In this document: in pieces, positions 18,305-28,935 of the stretch
Position numbering within the stretch: position 1 is the stretch's first letter
Layout of the letters: the number at the start of each line of letters is the position of its first letter
Notes under the pieces: model-generated
The model's input: only the letters and a program-made list of their open reading frames with translations
Database searches by the model: none
Told to the model about the DNA's origin: nothing
Position numbers and translations under genes: made by a program
Source: Candidatus Spongiisociaceae bacterium
GTDB lineage: Bacteria; Actinomycetota; Acidimicrobiia; Spongiisociales; Spongiisociaceae
Assembly (NCBI GenBank): GCA_965213975.1
Contig: OZ243930.1
Location: 756,321 to 820,320 of the forward strand
Length of the DNA stretch: 64,000 nucleotides
Direction of reading: 5' to 3'

Positions 18305-19300
18305 ATGGATTGTCCCTACTCCGCCCGCAGTCTATTCGGCAGAGGAAGCATCGGAGGGCTGGCAATGGGTCAGGACGAGGAGATGAACCGCACCCATGCG
18401 GACGCATTTCACACGCCCGTGATGCTGGAGGAGGTCGTGGCCTTGTTCACCCCTATCAGCCATGGAGTAATCGTTGACACCACGTTCGGCGGCGGAGGCC
18501 ATACCGCGGCCCTCCTTGAGCATCTGGATTCGGACATAACCGTCCTCGGCATCGACCGTGACCCGCAGGCGATCCGGACCGAACGTCCCCATCCGCGCCT
18601 TCGCTTGATTAACCGCAACTATCAGGAGCTAGATCGGATCATGGCCCAAGAGGGGATAGAGGAGCTAGCCGGAGTCTTGTTCGATCTAGGCGTTTCCAGC
18701 CATCAGCTGGACGAGCGACAGCGGGGTTTTTCCTACCGCAACGACGGGCCACTCGATATGCGCATGGGGCCTGATGCCGACCAAACCGCCGACGATCTGG
18801 TGAACCGAACCACCCGTAAGGACCTGGCCAGAATTATCCGGGTCTTTGGCGAAGAGAGGTTTGCGGATCGCATCGCCCGAGCCATAGTCGAGAGCCGTCC
18901 TATTACTGGAACCTCACGGCTGGCAGACGTGGTGCGCGGTGCCATCCCGGCGGCTACTCGTCGGACCGGGCCCCATCCGGCTCGTCGGACCTTCCAGGCT
19001 CTCCGAATCGCGGTGAACGCTGAGTTGGAGGGATTGTCTCGAGGATTGAACCTCGGTCTTCAGGCACTAAGGCCGGGCGGTCGTTGCGTAACCATCGCTT
19101 ACCACTCTCTCGAGGATCGCATCATCAAGCGACGCATTCGGCGGGGCGAAGGGCGGCACCCGGGCCCGGTACTTCCCGTGCCTCCCACCGTCGATCTCAA
19201 GTCGTTGACCAGAAAACCGCTCCGTCCCACTCCCGAAGAGGTGAGCCGCAACCCCCGAGCCCGAAGCGCACGTCTCCGCGCGGTGGAGAAGCTCGCATGA
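18305..19300 (+). CDS. rsmH: 16S rRNA (cytosine1402-N4)-methyltransferase
   Basis: HTPVMLEEV, SAM-binding DTTFGGGGH, YHSLEDRIIK. Start could be the internal ATG 18365. Confidence 0.9.
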   Translation: MDCPYSARSLFGRGSIGGLAMGQDEEMNRTHADAFHTPVMLEEVVALFTPISHGVIVDTTFGGGGHTAALLEHLDSDITVLGIDRDPQAIRTERPHPRLRLINRNYQELDRIMAQEGIEELAGVLFDLGVSSHQLDERQRGFSYRNDGPLDMRMGPDADQTADDLVNRTTRKDLARIIRVFGEERFADRIARAIVESRPITGTSRLADVVRGAIPAATRRTGPHPARRTFQALRIAVNAELEGLSRGLNLGLQALRPGGRCVTIAYHSLEDRIIKRRIRRGEGRHPGPVLPVPPTVDLKSLTRKPLRPTPEEVSRNPRARSARLRAVEKLA

Positions 19301-19692
19301 GTGCTCGCCCCCAACCGATCACCGAGTCACCGGCGTCACTGCCAGCGCGGGCACCTTTGCGAGTGGTCAGGGGCCGCTCGGCTTGGTGGAGCCCACTGCC
19401 GCTGGTCCTCTATACGACCTTGGCGGTGGGGGCGTTTCTGGCCCTCATCTACTTGAGAACCGCGGTTGACGAGGTGGTCTACGACATAACCATCATCTCG
19501 AATCAGATCGATCAGGAACTCGAACGAAGGGAGCGTCTGGCGGACGAAGTCCGCGCCCTGCAGTCGCCTTGGAACGTCGTACCGGTCGCCGAGGAGATGC
19601 TAGGTATGGTGCTGCCCGCTGAGGTGACCCCGCTGCGGGCCTCACGTGTGGTATCGGATGACCCGCTCCAGTCGCCACGATCATCCGGTTGA
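19297..19692 (+). CDS. ftsL: Cell division protein FtsL (single-pass membrane, coiled coil)
   Basis: ATG overlaps the rsmH stop (ATGA). One TM helix LPLVLYTTLAVGAFLALIYL followed by a coiled-coil region. Position between rsmH and ftsI. Confidence 0.75.
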   Translation: MSARPQPITESPASLPARAPLRVVRGRSAWWSPLPLVLYTTLAVGAFLALIYLRTAVDEVVYDITIISNQIDQELERRERLADEVRALQSPWNVVPVAEEMLGMVLPAEVTPLRASRVVSDDPLQSPRSSG

Positions 19693-19701
19693 GCCAAACA
19701 G

Positions 19702-21453
19702 ATGGGTCCCTCTAGAGCGACGCGATCTAGGCGTCAACCCACCGACTTCCGCCTGCTTTCTATCGGGTTGATACTGGTAGCTTGTTGGGCGTTCGTTGCC
19801 TACCAGCTCTATCAGGTTCAGGTGGTCGACGCGGCTGTCTATCGTGAGGCGGCCGATCGTCAACTCTTCCAGGTTGAGGAAACCTCGGCGGTGCGCGGAA
19901 CTATCTATGACCGTCAGTATCGGGAACTGGCGATCACGTTGCCCTCTCGCAGCATCTACGCCGACCCCGGCCAGATCCAAGACAAGGCTGGCACGGCCCT
20001 AGTGCTGAGCGAGTTACTGGACCTTGACTTTGGGACTCTCCTCCGCAAGCTGGATTCTTCGACCCGGTTTGTTTTCATCGCTCGTCAGGTTGACGCCGAT
20101 GTCGTCACCGCGGTCGAAGCGCAGAACTTGCCAGGCATTCACTCACTCCGCGAGCCAAAACGCAAGTATCCCTATGGGCCGTTAGCTGCTCATGTGGTCG
20201 GCTTCGTGAACATTGACTCTGAGGGTATTGAAGGTATCGAAGCCGAGTATGACGACCTGCTTACCGGACTTCCCGGCCAGATCACGGCCGAGAGGGCCGC
20301 GATGGGCCAACTGATCCCTCAGGGACGCACCGAGATCGAACCGGCCGTGGCTGGCAGCGACATCGTGCTCTCGATCGATCGGGAAATCCAGTTCATGGCC
20401 TACCGCGAGTGCTCTGAGGCTCTGATCCTTTACGAGGCTCGGGCCTGCACGATGGTGGCCATGGATCCGAACACCTTCGAGGTCTTGGCGATGGTGTCGG
20501 CACCGGCATTCGATCCGTCCAATCGTACGGAGGAGGACATCAGGTCGGGGCGTCTGATCAACATCGCCACTAGGTCCGTTTACGAACCCGGTTCCACCCA
20601 GAAGGCGGTTACCATTGCCGCTGCTCTGGACTCTGGAACAGTCTCGTGGGATACCCAATACTTGGTCGAGGACCGGTACGAAGTTGTGGACGGTGCCTGT
20701 GACTCAGGCGGTGACCTCTTCGGCTGTTATCAGGACTTCAGTCCTCATGAGCCTATCGTCATGACCGTGAAGGATTGCATCCGAGTGTCGTCGAACGTCT
20801 GTGCCGTTAAGGTCGGAGAAGATCTGGGCCGAGGTCGGTTAAGCGACTACCTGGACGCCTTCGGCTACGGTCAGGTCACGGGCGTTGATTACCCCGGAGA
20901 GGCCAGCGGTTCAGTCAACCTGGCCAGGGGTTGCCCTACCTGTCCCGCCTCCGCGGCCATTGGCTACTCATTGTCGGTTTCCACGTTGCAGATGGCATCC
21001 GTGTACAGCACCATTGCCAACGGAGGGGTTCGTATGGAGCCCCGACTGCTCTTGGGTTGGGCCAGCGGTGAAGGCCTTCAGCGCGTCGAGCCCTCACCAG
21101 GGACGCAGATCATCTCCGAGGACACCGCCCGAACGGTTCGACTCATGTTGAAATCGGTGGTGGAGGACGGCACTGGTGCCAATGCCGCCGTGGCGGGCTA
21201 CAGCGTGGCCGGGAAGACCGGTACCGCTCGTCGCTTTGACCATAACCTAGGCGTCTACACCGATGACTATGTGGCCAGTTTCGCGGGTATGGCCCCCGCG
21301 GACGATCCTCGCTTAGTCATAGCGGTGGTGATCGACTCGCCCCGGGTGGGCTCGGTGGTCGCCCAGCGAACCGGCGGGGCAGTGGCTGCTCCGGTATTTG
21401 CGTCGGTGATGGAGGGTTCCCTGCACCAAATGGGTGTCAGCCCCGATGGCTGA
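19702..21453 (+). CDS. ftsI: Peptidoglycan D,D-transpeptidase FtsI (class B PBP)
   Basis: N-terminal TM anchor. Transpeptidase motifs STQK, SSN and KTGTA. Confidence 0.9.
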   Translation: MGPSRATRSRRQPTDFRLLSIGLILVACWAFVAYQLYQVQVVDAAVYREAADRQLFQVEETSAVRGTIYDRQYRELAITLPSRSIYADPGQIQDKAGTALVLSELLDLDFGTLLRKLDSSTRFVFIARQVDADVVTAVEAQNLPGIHSLREPKRKYPYGPLAAHVVGFVNIDSEGIEGIEAEYDDLLTGLPGQITAERAAMGQLIPQGRTEIEPAVAGSDIVLSIDREIQFMAYRECSEALILYEARACTMVAMDPNTFEVLAMVSAPAFDPSNRTEEDIRSGRLINIATRSVYEPGSTQKAVTIAAALDSGTVSWDTQYLVEDRYEVVDGACDSGGDLFGCYQDFSPHEPIVMTVKDCIRVSSNVCAVKVGEDLGRGRLSDYLDAFGYGQVTGVDYPGEASGSVNLARGCPTCPASAAIGYSLSVSTLQMASVYSTIANGGVRMEPRLLLGWASGEGLQRVEPSPGTQIISEDTARTVRLMLKSVVEDGTGANAAVAGYSVAGKTGTARRFDHNLGVYTDDYVASFAGMAPADDPRLVIAVVIDSPRVGSVVAQRTGGAVAAPVFASVMEGSLHQMGVSPDG

Positions 21454-22915
21454 GAATCGGGTCACCCTTGCCGAGGTGGCGGCACGGCTTGACGGCGGGC
21501 TTCGTGGAGACGGATCTCTACCGCTGAGAGACGTGACCCACGACAGCCGCCGCGCCGGAGAGGGGTTCCTGTTCGTAGCGATGCGGGGGCGCTTCCACGA
21601 CGGGCACCGGTATGTGAATGATGCGGCAAGCCAGGGCGCAGTGGCTGCGCTGGTGCAGGATTGGGTTCCTTCCGCTCCGATTCCGCAGATCCGGGTTCCC
21701 GACACTCGGCGGGTCATCGGACTGGCCGCCTCACTGGTGCATCACGCTCCTTCCCAACGCCTCAACATCATTGGGGTAACCGGGACCAACGGAAAGACAA
21801 CGGTCACCGCCATGCTGGAGGCGATTGCCGAAGCTGCGGGCCTTTCGTTTGCGAAGATAGGCACGCTAGGAACCACACTGTCGGAGAGCGGCGATGAAAG
21901 CATGGCGCTTACCCACACCACCCCGGAAGGAACCGACCTGCAGCGGGTGTTGCGACAGATGGTCGAGCGGAAGGTATCGATGGTGGCTATGGAGGTGTCC
22001 TCCCATGGGTTGGCTCTCCACCGAGTGGAGGGAACTGCCTTCTCAGTTGCCGCATTCACCAACTTGTCGCAGGATCATCTCGACTTTCACCGAACGATGG
22101 AGGAATACTTCGAAGCTAAGTCTCGCCTGTTTGACGGTAGGGCATCTACCCATGTCATCGACGTCACCGGCCGGTTCGGTCGTCGCTTGGCCGAGCGCCG
22201 GACGAGGCCAGTGGTGACGGTAGGTGTGGGTCCGGAACACGATGTATCGATCCTCGCTCCGCGGGCAAGCTTGTCCGAAGGTCGGTTCGGGTGTCGGATC
22301 GGTGCCGATAGCGCCGAGCTGCGGGTTCGGCCCGGGGGAACACACAACGTACACAACGCCGCCCTGGCCGCCGCCTCAGCCCACCACTTGGGGATCGGTC
22401 TGGAGACGATCCGGCGGGGCCTAAGTTCCCTTCGAGGGGTACGCGGACGGCTGGAACCAGTAGATGAGGGTCAACCCTTCCAGGTACTGATCGATTATGC
22501 CCATAGCCCGGAAGCAGTGGATTTTGTGGTTCGAGCCGCCCGGTCTCATAGCCGAGGCCGCGTCATCGCCGTCATCGGAGGTGCTGGAGATCGAGACCCG
22601 AGCAAGCGCCCGCTCCTCGGTGCTGCGGCCGCTCTCGCCGATGTCGTCGTCGTCACGTCGGACAATCCGCGGAGCGAGGACCCGGCCGCGCTGGTCGAGG
22701 AGGTAGCCGCCGGTGCCCAGGCTGGTGACGCTCGGGTGATCTGCGAGGTCGATAGGGAGACTGCTATTCACATCGCTTTGGACTATGGATCGGTGGGGGA
22801 TGTGGTTCTTATCCTCGGCAAAGGTCACGAGACCTATCAAGACTTCGGGGATCGGGTCATCGCCTTCGATGATCGGGAGGTGGCCTCGGCTTACCTGGCG
22901 GAGCGCTGGCGGTGA
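21434..22915 (+). CDS. murE: UDP-N-acetylmuramoyl-L-alanyl-D-glutamate--2,6-diaminopimelate ligase
   Basis: GVTGTNGKTTVT P-loop. MurE-type IDYAHSPEA. DAP-recognition DNPR motif (TSDNPRSED). Alternative ATG start at 21446. Confidence 0.9.
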   Translation: MSAPMAENRVTLAEVAARLDGGLRGDGSLPLRDVTHDSRRAGEGFLFVAMRGRFHDGHRYVNDAASQGAVAALVQDWVPSAPIPQIRVPDTRRVIGLAASLVHHAPSQRLNIIGVTGTNGKTTVTAMLEAIAEAAGLSFAKIGTLGTTLSESGDESMALTHTTPEGTDLQRVLRQMVERKVSMVAMEVSSHGLALHRVEGTAFSVAAFTNLSQDHLDFHRTMEEYFEAKSRLFDGRASTHVIDVTGRFGRRLAERRTRPVVTVGVGPEHDVSILAPRASLSEGRFGCRIGADSAELRVRPGGTHNVHNAALAAASAHHLGIGLETIRRGLSSLRGVRGRLEPVDEGQPFQVLIDYAHSPEAVDFVVRAARSHSRGRVIAVIGGAGDRDPSKRPLLGAAAALADVVVVTSDNPRSEDPAALVEEVAAGAQAGDARVICEVDRETAIHIALDYGSVGDVVLILGKGHETYQDFGDRVIAFDDREVASAYLAERWR

Positions 22916-22955
22916 CCGGCCTGGACAGTCTAGGAGAGACGGAGCCGGGTGACGT

Positions 22956-24008
22956 ATGATCGCCATGCTTACCGCCGCCACCGTTGCCTTCGCGGTCGCC
23001 CTGTTCGGTACCGCCTACGCCATTCGTCTGTTCCGGGCCTGGAACATCGGGCAGTTCATCCAGCAGGAACTCCAAGGACACATGCACAAGACCGGTACTC
23101 CCACGATGGGAGGGATCGTCATCATCGCCGCCATCCTGGCCGGTTACGGTGCTTCCCACTTCCGCTTCCATCTGACCGATCACGGAATTGCTATTGAGCG
23201 GACGGGTTACGATATGGCCGGTCTCCTCGCCATAGGCGCGATTGTGGGCATGGGCTTGGTGGGCTTTATCGATGACTACCAGTCGCTGTCCCGGTTCCGG
23301 AACAAGGGCCTCGGTATCTCGGCCAAGCTGGGGGGACAGCTGGCGGTGGCAGCCCTATTCACCTGGGGACTGGTCTCGCTGGGAGGCTCTACAGCCATAG
23401 CCTTTGCCCGGCCTACCTCTCTGGATCTTGGTGCCGGATTCTTCGCCGTGTGGGTGCTACTGATGATCACCGGCTTCGCCAACGCGGTGAACTTCACCGA
23501 CGGACTTGACGGTCTGGCCTCCGGATCGGTGGCCCAAGTCGCCGGTGCCTACATGCTCATCGCCTTCTGGATCTTCCGCTATCCGCATATCTACGAGGTT
23601 GAAGGGGGTTTGGGGGTGGCTTCGGTGGCAGCCGCCATCCTGGGAGCCTCGCTGGGATTCCTGTGGTGGAACGCCTGTCCGGCTCGCATCATCATGGGCG
23701 ATGTCGGATCGCAAGCCCTAGGAGGGGGCATAACGGCGTTGGCCCTGCTGACCAGTACCCACCTCCTGCTGTTGATCATCGGCGGGCTCTTTGTCCTCGA
23801 AGCGCTCTCGGTGGTGATCCAGGTGGTCGGGTTCCGCTGGTTCGGCGGAAGGCGGGTCTTCCGCATGGCACCCATTCATCACCACTTCGAGATGAAACAG
23901 TGGCCGGAGACCACCATCATCGTGCGCTTCTGGATTCTTGCCGCCATCGGGGTGGCGCTGGGTCTGGGGATCTTCTACGCCGACTTCCTGGCCTGGAGTG
24001 GCTCATGA
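22956..24008 (+). CDS. mraY: Phospho-N-acetylmuramoyl-pentapeptide transferase
   Basis: 10-TM protein with HKTGTPTMGG and VNFTDGLDGLA motifs. Confidence 0.92.
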   Translation: MIAMLTAATVAFAVALFGTAYAIRLFRAWNIGQFIQQELQGHMHKTGTPTMGGIVIIAAILAGYGASHFRFHLTDHGIAIERTGYDMAGLLAIGAIVGMGLVGFIDDYQSLSRFRNKGLGISAKLGGQLAVAALFTWGLVSLGGSTAIAFARPTSLDLGAGFFAVWVLLMITGFANAVNFTDGLDGLASGSVAQVAGAYMLIAFWIFRYPHIYEVEGGLGVASVAAAILGASLGFLWWNACPARIIMGDVGSQALGGGITALALLTSTHLLLLIIGGLFVLEALSVVIQVVGFRWFGGRRVFRMAPIHHHFEMKQWPETTIIVRFWILAAIGVALGLGIFYADFLAWSGS

Positions 24009-25327
24009 GCGTGCTCGTCCTGGGTGCGGGCATGTCAGGATCGGCGGCTTGTCGTCTGTTGGCCCATCACGGCGTCCCCCATGCGGTCTATGACCGGCGA
24101 GAGGATGCGGGGGAGACGTTGGGGGACCGATCGCCTCTCTTGAGCGGACGGTGGGATCCGCGCTACCTCGACGGGATTTCCTTGGTCGTAACTAGCCCCG
24201 GTTTCAAACCCCATCTGACCCCGCTGTCGGACGTTCGGCGAGCGGGTATTCCCATCTGGAGCGAGGTGGAACTGGGTGGGCGTTTCATGAGACGACCCAT
24301 GGTGGCCATAACCGGTACTAACGGGAAGTCCACGGTATGTAGACAAACCGCCGCCATGCTGAAGGCATCTGGAGTCGACGCCGTGGCGGCGGGCAACGTG
24401 GGGTTTCCGTTAAGCGATGTGGCTTTGGCCGACCACGCGGTGGTGGTCCTGGAGATTTCCAGCTTCCAGCTTCACTACACCTACACGCTGGCCCCTGAGG
24501 TATCCGTCTTTCTGAATCTGGCGGACGATCACCTCGATTGGCATCGATCCATGGCGGCCTACCGGTCGGACAAGGATCGGATCTCGCGCGGGCTCACCGA
24601 CGAACACCTCCTTGTGTTCGACTCAGATGACCGGGTGGCCACGGCTCATGCGGCACAATCGCCCGGCCAGGCGATCCCGGTCACCGGGGTGGCACCAATT
24701 CGAGACGGGTCCTTCGGCCTGACCTCTACCGGCTTGCTGCTTCCCTCCGGGTTCGTCCCCATGGACCAAGTCCCGGATCTTGATCCCTCGTTCCGGGTGA
24801 ACCTCACGGCGGCGGCGATCTCGTCGGTGGCGTTGGGTGGGGACCCAGAGGCATCAGCTGAGGTGGTAGCGCGGTTTCGGCACCACTTTCATCGCCGGAC
24901 GGTGGTAGGCGAGTCCGGAGGGGTGACCTGGGTTGATGACTCGAAGGCCACCAACCCGCATGCCGCGATGGCCGCGATTCGCTCCTATCGGTCCGTTGTG
25001 TTGATCGCCGGAGGGGTCAGGAAGGGCCTTGACATGACACCACTCCTGCGAGCACCGAACATTCGACACATGGTGGCGATGGGGGAGTGCGGTCCTGATC
25101 TGTTGGACAGGGCCGGCGGCCTTTCGGCTGATTATGCCGCCTCGATGGAGGAAGCGGTCCGCTTGGCCGGAACCCGCGCTCAGCCAGGCGATACGGTATT
25201 GTTATCACCTGGTACCACTGGATTTGATATGTTCACATGTTACGAGGATAGGGGCAACACCTTCATCCGGCATGTGGCGGAATACGTTGGCGAGGACGAA
25301 CGCGAGCTGGGAGGGCTGGCTCGGTGA
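24005..25327 (+). CDS. murD: UDP-N-acetylmuramoylalanine--D-glutamate ligase
   Basis: ATG overlaps the mraY stop (ATGA). ITGTNGKST P-loop. MurD-type DDSKATNPHAA. Confidence 0.9.
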   Translation: MSVLVLGAGMSGSAACRLLAHHGVPHAVYDRREDAGETLGDRSPLLSGRWDPRYLDGISLVVTSPGFKPHLTPLSDVRRAGIPIWSEVELGGRFMRRPMVAITGTNGKSTVCRQTAAMLKASGVDAVAAGNVGFPLSDVALADHAVVVLEISSFQLHYTYTLAPEVSVFLNLADDHLDWHRSMAAYRSDKDRISRGLTDEHLLVFDSDDRVATAHAAQSPGQAIPVTGVAPIRDGSFGLTSTGLLLPSGFVPMDQVPDLDPSFRVNLTAAAISSVALGGDPEASAEVVARFRHHFHRRTVVGESGGVTWVDDSKATNPHAAMAAIRSYRSVVLIAGGVRKGLDMTPLLRAPNIRHMVAMGECGPDLLDRAGGLSADYAASMEEAVRLAGTRAQPGDTVLLSPGTTGFDMFTCYEDRGNTFIRHVAEYVGEDERELGGLAR

Positions 25328-26502
25328 CCGACAAGTCGACCACCCGTCTGTCCACTTGGTCTCGGCAACGGGACGCGTTGGCGATGTCTCGATCTAGGTC
25401 GGTGGTCCTCCTTCTGGTCCTAGCTGGGGTTCTGGTTGTAATCGGGCTCGGTGCCACCCTGTCGGCTTCCTCTGCGTCCGGGATCATGCAAGAAGCAGAT
25501 CGTCTGGCGGTCTTCAAGAGGCAAATCCGTTGGGTGGTGGTTGGGATACTGCTGTTGGTGATCACGATTCGGGTTCCGTACGACAGATACCGAAGGGTCG
25601 CCCCCTACCTTCTGGCCGGTTCCTTCCTTGGGCTGTTGGCCACCCTCGTCTCGGGCGTCAGGGCGGGCGGGGCGACTAGGTGGCTGGAGTTGGGGGCGAT
25701 TACCGTACAGGTTTCAGAGTTCTCCAAGCTGGCGGTGATCCTGTATCTGGCGGCGGTACTGGCCCGGCGAGCCGATGTCCTCGGGCAACCGGCTCAATGG
25801 TTCGGACCGTTGCTCTTCTCGGTGGGCGGAACGTGCGCGTTGATCATCCTCCAGCCTGACCTGGGCACCACGATCATCGTCGCCGGGGTAGCGGGCACGA
25901 TGGTGATCGCATCCGGAATACCTCTCCGTTACATCGTCGGGCTGGGTGCAGGTGCCTTGGCTGCCGTCGCCTACGCCACTTTCTCATTGCAATACCGGCG
26001 CGAGCGGTTCATGTGTTTCCTGGATCCCTTGTCCGACCCTACTGATACCTGCTTTCAGGTGGTGCAGAGCCTCATTGCGCTGGGCAGCGGCCATTGGTTC
26101 GGGGTTGGCCTAGGTGCTTCGCGTTCGCGATGGGCTTACCTTCCCAACCCGCATACTGACTTCATCTTCACCATCGTGGGCGAGGAGACCGGCTTCTTGG
26201 GTGCTGCTGCCCTTCTCCTCACCTTGCTAGGTCTCGCCTTGGTGGGTATGTGGGTGGCCTACTGCACCACCGACCTGTATGCGCGGCTGGTGGCGGTGGG
26301 CATAACGGGCTGGCTCGGACTGCAGTCGTTGGTAAACGTCGGAGGGGCCGTAGGAGCAATCCCGATCACCGGCTTGGTGCTTCCGTTGGTGTCGGTTGGC
26401 GGAAGCGCCATGTTGTCCACCATGGTTGCGATTGGGGTGCTCATCAACATCGCTCGTAACGCTCCGAGAGAGGCCGTGGCGTTGGCCGGGACGGGTAGTT
26501 GA
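25324..26502 (+). CDS. ftsW: Peptidoglycan glycosyltransferase FtsW (SEDS family)
   Basis: SEDS polytopic membrane protein located within the dcw cluster. Confidence 0.88.
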   Translation: MTDKSTTRLSTWSRQRDALAMSRSRSVVLLLVLAGVLVVIGLGATLSASSASGIMQEADRLAVFKRQIRWVVVGILLLVITIRVPYDRYRRVAPYLLAGSFLGLLATLVSGVRAGGATRWLELGAITVQVSEFSKLAVILYLAAVLARRADVLGQPAQWFGPLLFSVGGTCALIILQPDLGTTIIVAGVAGTMVIASGIPLRYIVGLGAGALAAVAYATFSLQYRRERFMCFLDPLSDPTDTCFQVVQSLIALGSGHWFGVGLGASRSRWAYLPNPHTDFIFTIVGEETGFLGAAALLLTLLGLALVGMWVAYCTTDLYARLVAVGITGWLGLQSLVNVGGAVGAIPITGLVLPLVSVGGSAMLSTMVAIGVLINIARNAPREAVALAGTGS

Positions 26503-27587
26503 GCTTCGCCATCGCGGCCGCTGGCACCGGCGGGCATGTATTCCCTGGTCTGGCGGTGGCTGAGGCCCTAGTGCGGCGGGGCGTACCGCCGGAGCGGGTT
26601 CTCTTCGTCGGTGGTTACCGAATGGAATCCGATCTAGTGCCTGAGCAGGGCTTCCCGCTGCTGCAGGTAGAGCTGATGGGTCTATCACGTGGTCGGGCGG
26701 CGCTTCGGAACCTGCGGATCCCCGCCGTGGTGGGACGCGCCGCTAAGACGGTGGGTGAGGAGCTTTCTCGCCGGGGGGTGCGGAAGGTTCTCTGCATGGG
26801 AAGCTATGTAACCGTTCCGACGGCAATTGCCGCCCGCCGACTCGGGATACCCATCTATCTCCACGAGCAGAACGCCGAGGCCGGGCTAGCCAATCGGTTC
26901 ACTAACCGGTGGGCTGAACGTTGCTTTCTCACCTACCCGGCCACCGCCCGGATTGCGGGAGAAATCGTGGGCTATCCCCTCCGGGTAGCGCTGGCCTACC
27001 TTGACAAGGAGGTGGCCAGGGACGAGGCCTTGGCCAGGTACGGGCTGGTGGACGGCCCGGCCACGGTGGGGGTGATGGGCGGCAGCCTCGGATCACCCGC
27101 TATCAACGATGCCACCTCGGACTGGGCCTCGAGGTGGTCGGGACCGCCGCTGCAGATTGTTCACCTGGCGGGTGCCGACCGGGTAACGGGGGTCTCCATC
27201 GCTAGGGATGCCCCGGGCGTCACCCGACGGGTCCTGGGTTTCGAGCACCGGATGGATCTGTTCTACGCCATATCGGATCTCGTCGTGGCCCGATCGGGGG
27301 GAGGCCAGATGGAGGCCGCGGTCACGGGAACCCCCATCATCCTGGTCCCCGGCCGCTTTGCTGGAGGTCACCAGAGAGCCAATGCCGAGGCCATGGCCGA
27401 CGCCGGTGCCGCCATTCTGGTGGATGAGGCCCAGATTGACACCCTGGGCGAGGTATTGACCGGCCTGCTGGAGGATGAAGAGGGACGAGTCTCGCTCAGC
27501 CGGGCGGCCCGCCAGCTTGCTCACCCCAAGGCGGCCGACACCATTGCGGCCATGATGTTGGATGGTTCGGATGTCGCTACCGGTTGA
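26499..27587 (+). CDS. murG: UDP-GlcNAc:undecaprenyl-PP-MurNAc-pentapeptide GlcNAc transferase
   Basis: N-terminal AAGTGGHVFPGLAVAEAL and the C-terminal GT28 domain. Confidence 0.9.
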   Translation: MSFAIAAAGTGGHVFPGLAVAEALVRRGVPPERVLFVGGYRMESDLVPEQGFPLLQVELMGLSRGRAALRNLRIPAVVGRAAKTVGEELSRRGVRKVLCMGSYVTVPTAIAARRLGIPIYLHEQNAEAGLANRFTNRWAERCFLTYPATARIAGEIVGYPLRVALAYLDKEVARDEALARYGLVDGPATVGVMGGSLGSPAINDATSDWASRWSGPPLQIVHLAGADRVTGVSIARDAPGVTRRVLGFEHRMDLFYAISDLVVARSGGGQMEAAVTGTPIILVPGRFAGGHQRANAEAMADAGAAILVDEAQIDTLGEVLTGLLEDEEGRVSLSRAARQLAHPKAADTIAAMMLDGSDVATG

Positions 27588-28935
27588 TCCTGCTCGCGTG
27601 CATCTCGTGGGAGCGGGAGGGGCAGGGATGGGTCCGCTCGCCAAGCTGCTTGCTCGGATGGGTCATGTGGTTTCGGGATCCGACCTGGTAGCGAGCTCGA
27701 GCCTGGACAGCCTGGGCCGCGACAACGTGGAGACCTGGGTGGGGAGTCGACCATCCCGCATGGAGGAGTGTGCCCTAGTGGTTGCATCCGCCGCGGTACC
27801 TCGGTCCGATCCGGAGCTGGGCGCGGCCCGGTCGGCGGGCGTCGTTACCTGGGATCGTGCGCGGCTGTTGGGTGCCATCACGGCTGCTATCCCGACTCTT
27901 GGTTTTACGGGTACCCATGGTAAGACCACCTCTACCGCACTGGCCGTATCGGCGACCCACGGTCTCGGTCTCGACCCTTCCTATCTGGTCGGCGGTGACC
28001 TAGTCGGGCACGAGGACAATGCCCACCTTGGAACCGATGACTTGTTGCTTCTTGAAGCTGACGAGGCCTACGGCACGTTCGGCCATCTGGCCTTGGCTGG
28101 TCTGGTGGTCACGAACGTCGACATTGATCATCTCGACCATTATGGAACCCCCGAACGCCTCGAAGAGGCCTTCGTCCAGGTGGTGGAGCGGGTGGAGGGG
28201 CCGGTGGTGGTTGGCCTGGATGATCCCGGGGGGGCCAGGCTGGCCGCCCGTACCGGGAAACCCGGCTATGGCATCCATCCGGAAGCCGTTTGGCGGATAG
28301 AGGAGCTCACCCCGGCGGTTGATTTAGTGAGGTTCCGTCTGTCCGGACGTTTCGCTCCAGCCGAGGTGACGATCGGACGGCCCGGCTTACACAACGCACA
28401 GAATGCGACCGGTGTTCTTGCCCTACTGGCGGAAATGGGTCATGACATAGCCGGGGCCATTGACGCTCTCGCCCGTTTCAAGGGTGTACACCGCCGCTTA
28501 GAGCATCGATCAACCGTACGCGGGGTCGCCGTCATCGACAGCTATGCGCACCTCCCGGCGGAGATAGCGGCGGATATCGATGCTCTGAGACCGATGGATA
28601 GGAATAGGTTGTGGGTGGTGTTCCAGCCGCATCTGTACTCGAGAACGCTCGCCTTAGCCGGGGAGTTCGGTGCTGCTCTGGCCAAGGCGGACCGGGTGGT
28701 GGTTACCGACATCTACGGGGCACGCGAGTCGGCGATCGCGGGTGTCACCGGTCGCCTTGTAGCCGATGCCGTAGATGGCTCGGGGGTGGACAGCAGTTAT
28801 GTCCCCGGCCTTGACGAAGCTGAGCGCCTCGTCTCGTCTCAGGCGGAGGAGGGGGATGTGGTACTCATCCTGGGCGCGGGCGATATCTCCACGCTTCCCG
28901 GACGCCTGATCCGAAGCCTGTCAGCCCCACTATGA
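27562..28935 (+). CDS. murC: UDP-N-acetylmuramate--L-alanine ligase
   Basis: VHLVGAGGAGM Rossmann motif. GTHGKTTST P-loop. IDSYAHLP. Confidence 0.9.
   Translation: MVRMSLPVDPARVHLVGAGGAGMGPLAKLLARMGHVVSGSDLVASSSLDSLGRDNVETWVGSRPSRMEECALVVASAAVPRSDPELGAARSAGVVTWDRARLLGAITAAIPTLGFTGTHGKTTSTALAVSATHGLGLDPSYLVGGDLVGHEDNAHLGTDDLLLLEADEAYGTFGHLALAGLVVTNVDIDHLDHYGTPERLEEAFVQVVERVEGPVVVGLDDPGGARLAARTGKPGYGIHPEAVWRIEELTPAVDLVRFRLSGRFAPAEVTIGRPGLHNAQNATGVLALLAEMGHDIAGAIDALARFKGVHRRLEHRSTVRGVAVIDSYAHLPAEIAADIDALRPMDRNRLWVVFQPHLYSRTLALAGEFGAALAKADRVVVTDIYGARESAIAGVTGRLVADAVDGSGVDSSYVPGLDEAERLVSSQAEEGDVVLILGAGDISTLPGRLIRSLSAPL

Noticed and set aside
21434-22915. Alternative reading of this Mur ligase as MurF, which would make murE the missing gene
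   Set aside because: The protein has the MurE-specific DNPR motif and IDYAH(S/T)P, rather than the MurF DDxYNANP motif. Its N-terminal domain matches MurE.
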